Source: Cycas panzhihuaensis
Lineage: Eukaryota > Plantae > Cycadophyta
Direction of reading: 5' to 3'
NCBI GenBank assembly: GCA_023213395.1
Contig: CM041465.1
Location: forward strand, 157,239,741-157,303,740
Length of the DNA stretch: 64,000 nt
Positions within the stretch are counted from its first letter, which is position 1, and each line of letters begins with the position of its first letter. Both the position numbers and the translations under genes were made by a program. The notes under the pieces are model-generated. The model was not told where the DNA came from. It saw only the letters and a list, made by a program, of their open reading frames with translations, and ran no database searches. This document shows positions 56,450 through 64,000 of this stretch, piece by piece.

Positions 56450-59400
56450 ATGTCTTCACAGTTCAAGCAAAATGTGAACTGCATTCTAAAAAGGAAAGAA
56501 AATTGGGACATGTGGTTCACTGGTGTTAGAAATGTTTCAAAGTATGAAGGTCTATGGAGAGATCACTTACAACCCACACCATCTATTGCAGCTATAGCTA
56601 CCAAAACTGCTTCAAGAGGAGGTGCTCTAACTGCTCCCACTTAAGCTGTAACTAAACGCTAATGGGAACTTGATGATGATAAAATCCATTCAAGGATACT
56701 GCTTGTCACTGATTATTCCCTGCATAATCTCATTGATGAAGTTATACATGATACAGCATGGAAAGTTCTTGAAGTTCTTAAGAAGAACTTTAACACTAAA
56801 TCATACTTAGAATTTGTTCACTTAGTCCTGAAGATGAACAAATTAAAAATGTAGAAAGGACACGCAAGTGAGACAATCAATCTCCTTTGTCCAATCAAGC
56901 AAGCCATTAATAAAGATTTTAAAACTCAATGCATTACATGGGTTTTCTTGATTTAGTCATGTCTCCATATCCCAGATTACAAAAATCTATTGGGAAATCT
57001 TCAATCTAGTGGTACTTTGAAGACTCTAAACTTTGAGAACCTTACTGATAAGTTCATTGAATTTAATAAGACCTTTGATACCAACTTTACCACTATATCA
57101 GATCAAGTTGATGCTACTTTTGAAGTGGAAGAAGATCTTTGCTATACCAAAAATCAAGGTCAATACTCTCGTAGAGGTGGTAATTCTCGTGGAAGATGAA
57201 GAGGTGGACAACAAGGACAATGTCTTCTTAGTCAACAGGCTTCTCAACTCCAACAAAAATAGTCTCAAGGCTAAGGCCAAAATAATCAACTTGGACCTAA
57301 ATCCAGTAATTAGAGACAATCCAACCAACTTAATACTTGGACTAGAAATCAAACAATTGTGTGCCAAAGGTGTAATAGAAAAGGACATTATACCAAAAAT
57401 TGTAGAACTACCACCAACAAACTACCAAGTTATCAATAGCGCCATGGTGTACATAATGTTGATAATACTTCTTTTGAAGATGCTTTTGGTGGAACACAAT
57501 TTGCTCATGCACACCTTTAAAGAATTAGGACCACTTCATTAAATATTGTTGATAGATCCACTAAGTATATTGAGGCTCATTGTGGCTATGCTTATTCACT
57601 TTTGCCTTCACCACTTGGAGTTGCAAATAGTGCCACCTTAAATACTTCATCGTGGATCATGAATACTGGAGCAAAATAACATATGACTTGTCATCACTAG
57701 TTCTTTCAAGATTTTGACTCTAAAGTTCGTGGTGTTATATACATGGCTAACAAATCATCTCAGCCAATCGAAGGACTTGGAATTGTTTGCCTGAAACTCC
57801 CATGCCTTCCAGATTTTACACTTGTTGATGTTTTATATATTCATGCTCTGAAGCAGAATCTGCTCTCCCTGTCCACCTTTATCTCTCATGGATTTGATCT
57901 AAATGTAACTGCAAACAATCAAACTCTTTGTGTCATTCACCCTCCTTCAAATGTTGTGGTTATGACCGGAACTCTTGATGGCAAACTTTTTCACCTAACT
58001 GGCTTACCATCCTCTGAAGCTAACTATGTTGATGATGAATCTGCTTTTACCACAACCACGACTCCTCAAAAGTTGTCCCAAGTAGCTCTATGGAATGCTC
58101 GTATGGGCCATATCAAAATTGATCATTTAAGAGAACTACAAGACACTCTTCCTAGTTTGCCTAAGTTCCCCTCTAAGCCCTTTAAATGTGAAGCATGTAT
58201 TATTGCTAAATCTCAAAGACAACCCTTTCCTCGTAGTCAATGGAAATCTAGCCAACCTTTGTAGCTTATACACTTAGATATATGCAGTCTTATGCCCATC
58301 CCTTCTCTCAAAAAGAAGTGGTACTATATTACTTTCATTGATGATTTTACTAAGAAAGTATGAGTTACTTTTCTTGCAAAGAAAGATAAAGCTTTTTCTA
58401 TGTTTCAAGCTTTCAACGCCCACATGGAAAATGAATCTAGATTCAAGATCAAAATACTCAGCACTGACAATGGTGGTTAGTACACATCCAATGTGTTTGA
58501 ATTGTACCTACATCAACATGGAATCAAACATCAGACCAATGTTGTAGGTGCACCCCAACAAAATGGGGTTGCCAAGCACATGAATAGGACCATTATGAAT
58601 ATGGCTCGTGCTATGCTGGTATATAAGAATGTCCCTATCTATCTTTGGGTTGAGGCTATTTGGACTGTTGTTTATTACATCGACACTATTAGTCCCTCCA
58701 AGCTCAGCCCCTCTCCATATGAAATGTGGTATGGACAAACCCCCTCTATCTCCCACTTCAGAATTTTTTGCTCTACTTGTTATGGTCATATTCTGGAGGA
58801 ACATAGAAATAAGCTCAAAGATAGAGCCATCAAAGGCATCTTTGTCAGATACCCTATGGAAAAAAATGGATACAAGGTTTTCATACCTTCACAGCGAAAA
58901 ATCATCATCACTAGAGATGTTATCTTTGCAGAGACTGAAGATCAATTACTCAGACTTGACTCCAAGATGCCTTCATATCGATTTAATGATGACATTGAAT
59001 TTGATATCTAGATTCCAAAATTTAGGGGGGCAAATGCTGAACAGTTGCTTAAAATCTTAGAATTTGACAATAGTACCTTAGAGGATACAAGTTGTGACTC
59101 CAAGCCAATGTGTACACATCCAATATAATCATTTATGAATAGCCAAGTTGACAAAGGCAAAGTTATAGTAGAAGGATCATCTTCTCCAACATCTGTGGCT
59201 GGCCCATCTTCTTCAGCATCGTCAACTTCCTCCATGCCAAATATTTCACATGATCCTTTTCAGGATCAAAACGAAGATCAAAAGGTTGTGGAAATGAAAA
59301 CCTCATTCCCAACTCAAGGTTTTCGTGAAGCCTACCAGCTACATAATGATATGCAACTAGATGAGGTAGGCAAAACTAACACTAGAAGTGCCCATAGAGC

Positions 59401-61009
59401 AAGGATGCATGAGTCACTTTCTGTTGAGCTTGAACCAGTAGAACTGCATATTGCTCTTAATGAAGAGCCCCTAACGTACCAAGAAGTTGTAAAGCATGCA
59501 GCATGGAGAAATACCATGAACGAAGAGTATCAATCTCTTATTAAGAACAGTACATGGGAGCTTGTTGATCTACCACTTGGAAGAAAGATAGTTTAAAATA
59601 AATGGGTGTTCAAAAATAAGTATAGATCAGATGGCACCCTAGAAAAACACAAGGTGAGGTTGGTAGCAAAAGGATTCACGCAAAGGGAAGGCATTGACTA
59701 TACTGAAATCTTTACTCCTACAACTAAGTGGCCTACAATCATAACTCTTATAGCCTTGGTTGCTTAATAAGGTTGAAAAATCCACCAACTCGATGTTAAG
59801 ACCGCATTTCTCAATGGGGACCTTAAAGAAGAAATTTACATGGCTCAGCCAGAAGGATACAAGATTGACGGTCAGGAGCATAAAGTTTACAGGCTCAAAA
59901 AGTCCTTGTACGGCTTAAAGCAAGCCCCTCATACTTGGTTTACCAAGTTGTCTGAAAGAATGAGGCAGCTTGGATATGAGGTTTGTGACTATTAAGATAT
60001 TAATGCAACATTATTCATCAAGTGCCAAAATAATAACGTCACTTACCTCTTAATCTTTGTAGATGACATGCTCATAATGGGGAATAGTGAACACGTAATC
60101 AACCAGCTAAAGAAGGACCTTGCTAAAACTTTTAAATTATCTGACCTCAGGTTGATGAAATATTACTTGGGAATTGAAGTAACTCAAAACGATGGCAAAA
60201 TCTTTCTCTCCCAAGAAAAATATATGAATGATCTTCTAACAAAGTTTCAGTTGGAAGGTGCTTGACTAGTGGATACATCTATGGAGCCTAATATTAAACT
60301 CTTAGTTGATGATGAAAATAGGGAGGTAGACGCAACACTCTATAGGCAACTTGTAGGTAGTCTCATCTATACTACCAACACAAGGCCAGATATTACACAC
60401 TATGTCAGCATTCTTGCAAGATTCATGACAAATCCTAAGCAGAATCATTGGCAAGCTGCAATATGAGTATTAAGGTACCTAAAGATGACTAACAAATATG
60501 GTTTCTTGTATGAACCTAATGCAGAATTTAAACTTTATGCATACACAGACTTAAAGTTTGCTAGAGATAAAGACACATTAAGATCTACGTCTGGGTACAT
60601 AACATTTCTTGGAATAGCACCAATATCATGGAGATCCAGACGACAGAAGATAGTTGCGGACTCAACTACCGAAGCTGAGTACATTGCTGCTTCTGAGACA
60701 AGCAAGGAGGTGATATGTCTTAGAAAATTATTGAATACATTAAATGCCACCCAAACAAGTTCTACTAGCTTATATATAAATAATCAATGTACAATCCAGA
60801 TGGCCAAAAATCATGTATTTCATGATCGTACCAAACATATAAGTATAAAAGTCCACAAGATTAGAGAACTAGTTCATGATGGCATAATTCAACTAGAGTA
60901 CTACCCCACAGCAGATCAAGTGGCTGATATCTTCACCAAACCACTAAAGAGGGTGAAGTTTGAACAGTTTCGAAAGCAACTTGGCCTTAGGGCCTCTATC
61001 TCTGATTAA
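56450..61009 (+). pseudogene. Copia gag-pol polyprotein (gag, CCHC, PR, GAG-pre-integrase, INT, RT, RNase H) with premature stops
   Basis: ORF pieces 56450-56644, 57743-58264 (LWNARMGH...CEACI), 58493-59011 (PQQNGVA), 60068-60466, 60485-61009 (RTKHI, ADIFTKPL). Confidence 0.95.
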
Positions 61010-62474
61010 TTGAAGGAGATGACAATAGGACCATCATACTCTATCTCATTCGTGAAAACCCCTTATGGGCACAGAAGAATAAGAGTAAGTCTCTGCTCTA
61101 TCCCATTCATGAAAATCCCATATGGGCACGAAAGGATAAGGGTTCTATCATTTTGGAAAATCGGAACCTATGAAAACCTGAAAGGGCATGGGGGATGACC
61201 AAATGGTATATGGAGACTCAGCAGATTTTAGCTACAAAATTCATTGTATCGATTGGCTATTTGGCTATATTTAAAGAGTTGCCTGAGCCAGGTTAGTAGA
61301 TTAGAAAATTTGTGGGTTTTCTTCCCCATGAGGGTTTCCCACAAAAGAGTCATAGTAGTTTGCTTTGTAAGAGGCTCAAATAAAAACCTCATAGAATAGA
61401 ATAAAATATGATGAAATGACCTTTTACCATTAAGAGGGAGATTGAAAAGGGTTAATGACACAAGGTCATTACATTAGTTGATTATTTCGAAAAAGGGTCT
61501 TAAGTGAATTTTAAATTAGATCACTTAAGTGAAATGCACTTTCATATGCATTATGTGTAATTTCATTTCACCTAACTCTAATGCTCCCTCTCTCAATATA
61601 AAAGTAAAAGCTCAATGGAGGAGATTCATTCTTACCTCCCTATTTTGTGAGAGCTACTTTCTTTCTCTCAAGTCTCTCTTACTCCCATGTTTGCCTTTGT
61701 GTTTAGTGCATGGAGATGAAGGATAGATCCACTCTTTTTAATAGGGCCCCCTTATTGCAAGTAAAAGGCTTCTTGTTGAAGAATAGGGCCTTCTTGTTGT
61801 AGATAAAGGGCTCCTTATTGAGAAATAGGGCTCTTTGCTATAGATAAGGGGGTCCTTATTAAGGACATGGTCCTCCTTATTAAAAATTAGTTCCTCCTTA
61901 TTAGTAGTTAAGTGCTCCTTATTAATAAGGATGTTAAAAAATAGCATTCAAGAGAATTTTAGTAGGCGAAACAGGAAGGCGAACTGTGTATAGTGCTGGA
62001 GGCAGCTAGGGTTTGTTCGCATCGTGGGCGAAGACGGGGGGACATCCTCCCAGACGGGAAGGCTAGATGGCGTGATGCCTCTAGCAGATCAGTGTCTACA
62101 CGCTGACGGAGACGCGAGGGAGAGCAAACAGCTCGCTGCCCAGAAGACTGCGAGAAGGCCAATCCGGCCAAGTTTTATTCTGTATGCTCGTCCAGAGCCC
62201 GTGGAAGGTGTGTGGGCAGGGAGATGTTGGAGCACAGACAGAAGGGGTCAGAGTTCTTACAAGGTAATGGCACTGAGAAGGTTAGGAGTACACGTCCGAG
62301 GGTTTCAAGGACACAAGAGAATCAGATCAAGAATGACATACATGTCCGGGACTGGTGTTCTAGAAGCTTAGCCAAAGGGACTCGATTTTGCATAGACAAG
62401 TTAATGGTGAGTTTAAGCTGCTTCAGCAAGTATTTTAAGTTCTTTTCTGTGTTGTTCCCATGTTGCAGACATCC

Positions 62475-63904
62475 ATGAACCAGTCTCAGTCTTCCCCTTT
62501 GGGGAGGACTTACCTTGATGTATTAAGAACCGGAAACCAAGAGGAACAAGAAATAATCCCAGTCAAAATTGGAAACAGATATAAAATTTCTATACCGAAA
62601 GAGGTTACCGAGAAGACCATTCAGTATTGGGAGAATAGCCTGGTTGGAAGGTTCTCCGGTCCTAGGCTAGGTTTGGATATCATTAGGGAGTGGATTAGAA
62701 ATAAATGGAAGACTAGAAATCCTGTCCAAGTCATGGAAATGCCTAAGGGATGCGTCCTTTTTAGGTTTTTAAATCAGGAGGACATGATCTCCATTTTATT
62801 GAAGTCTCCATGGATGTTTGGTAGGAAGGCCATGACACTGGAGAAATGGCATCCAGATTTTAACCCAGGCATTCCTGTGGTTAAACAAGCTCCGGTTTAG
62901 GTTCAATTTCCCGGACTCCCCCTACACTTCTGGAATCCGAAGACGATCAAAGGGGCGGCTAGAATGATAGGGCCACTTTTAGCTTTGGATTCAGCTACAA
63001 AAAATAGATCTAGATTGATGAATGCCAGATTCTGTGTTCTGGCTAAGCTTGACAGTGAGCTCCCGACTGAGGTAGAGATCGAATCAGATGGTAGATCTAT
63101 TATCCAAGACTTATTTTATGAGGTGGAAGGCTTCAGGTGTACAAAATGCAAGAATAAGGGGCATCTCCCCTTTCAATGTCCAGGGATCCCTCCGAGTGAG
63201 GATTTCCAGGAGGTAGGGAAGGAGGAAGAAGAAATTAGGAGGGAGACTCTATCAGGAGAAGATAGACCAGATAAGGTTGACATTAGAGAAGAGAATGTCC
63301 ATAGTGAGTCTTTGGGCGGCGGGAAGGACTTTGCGGAGGCCTGCCCCACAGATAAAGGAATCTTATCGGTTAATAAGGAGATTCAGGAAGACGGGGGTAG
63401 GTCTAAAGGTGAAGTGACTGAAGGTAACTCATGCCTGGAGTTGGGGAAGGTGCTTGTGGATGTCAATGACCATTCAATGGACCTAGATCGGATGCAGGGG
63501 GAAGGGGACCCTCAGGCTACAACTGATGAGATGGCAATAGCCAAGCTTGCCAAGAACATAAACTAGGATTTGGAGGACTATTTATCTGAGCCTGAGGAAG
63601 GGGGCCCCAGAGATCAGGGGCAAGAGGAGAGACAGGTTAGTGCATCAGAAGGAGGAGGCGAGGTTGGCCCGGAGGAGCGGTCTGAGATAGAGGAGGAAGC
63701 GGGACATAGAAATGGGTTTCAAAAAGTAATACATCAGAACTAAGGAAGGCCCCAGACTATGGGATAGAGAAGAAGGTGGGCAAACCCCCTAGAAAGGCCA
63801 CCAGAGAGAAAGAAACTCAAGCCCAGATAGACCTGGGTTATCAGAGTACGCTAAAAGAGGGGGGTGCACTAGATGGCCCCAACCTCAGAAGTAGGAAAGG
63901 ATGA
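62475..63904 (+). pseudogene. LINE ORF1 (DUF4283 plus zinc knuckle) with in-frame stops
   Basis: SLVGRFSG...WIRNKW...LFRF...PWMFGRKAMTLEKWHPDFNP...PV*VQFPGLPLHFW...CTKCKNKGHLPFQC. Confidence 0.9.
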
Positions 63905-63926
63905 GGGGCGAGGCTACCGGTCACCC

Positions 63927-64000
63927 ATGAAGGTACTATCTTGGAATATTATGGGGCTAAATGCCCCATCCAAGCAGAGATTGGTCAAAGAATTAAGGAT
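63927..64000 (+). CDS. Start of LINE ORF2 (endonuclease), truncated by the window edge
   Basis: MKVLSWNIMGLNAPSKQRLVKELR. Confidence 0.85.
   Translation, partial: MKVLSWNIMGLNAPSKQRLVKELR

Larger units (their letters stand above)
54143..61740 (+). mobile_element. Full-length Ty1/Copia LTR retrotransposon (7.6 kb), inactive
   Basis: 298-bp LTRs at 54143-54440 and 61443-61740 (14 mismatches by hand count); TSD ATAGG; PBS tggtatcagagc at 54443-54454; PPT aagagggaga at 61432-61441. Confidence 0.97.
51718..61958 (-). mobile_element. Older Copia element acting as host (pieces at 51718-54142 and 61746-~61958)
   Basis: Minus strand: gag QQGGP repeats, WIFDSGATYHM (protease), WHQCLGRLN, integrase (RKKLDNKILKYIFLGY), and RT up to YKLKKALY where the 51421-51717 LTR cuts it. 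Confidence 0.85.
61959..64000 (+). mobile_element. 5' part of an apparently full-length L1-clade LINE (CpG-rich 5' UTR, ORF1, start of ORF2), running off the window
   Basis: Abrupt switch to GC/CpG-rich sequence at ~61960; ORF1/ORF2 junction homologous to 11049-11240. Confidence 0.9.

Noticed and set aside
57033-57542. 169-aa ORF overlapping gag
   Set aside because: Alternative frame of the R/G/Q/N-rich gag region, with no domain signal.
61039-61193. Hammerhead ribozyme or retrozyme
   Set aside because: No CUGAUGA core box accompanies the GAAA.

Overview
AT-rich plant nuclear DNA, most likely from a large-genome seed plant (gymnosperm-like; this is inference). The window is almost entirely nested, C>T-decayed retrotransposons, and I found no intact host gene. 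Left to right: the 3' end of a Copia element inserted in an old LINE; a complete chromoviral Gypsy (3592-10306, minus); a 5'-truncated LINE with a 16-bp TSD (11049-15471); a very large non-chromoviral Gypsy with 3-4 kb LTRs and an antisense Plant Mobile Domain relic (~15522-39856); a Tork-like Copia fragment; two further copies of the first Copia family, one full-length (54143-61740); a Gag+protease-only Gypsy; a fourth Copia that hosts those copies; and the 5' half of a LINE. The standout is a 5.9-kb non-autonomous Copia-type LTR element (32256-38132). Antisense in its 5' leader it carries a ~1.4-kb unit bounded by a TATA box and AATAAA. This unit is built from abutting, apparently spliced fragments of at least five host genes: a NYN/MARF1-like RNase, a BET bromodomain GTE8/9/10-type protein, a 2OG-Fe(II) dioxygenase, a PLS-type PPR and a P-type PPR. 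All translations and alignments were done by eye, so boundaries are good to a few bases only.
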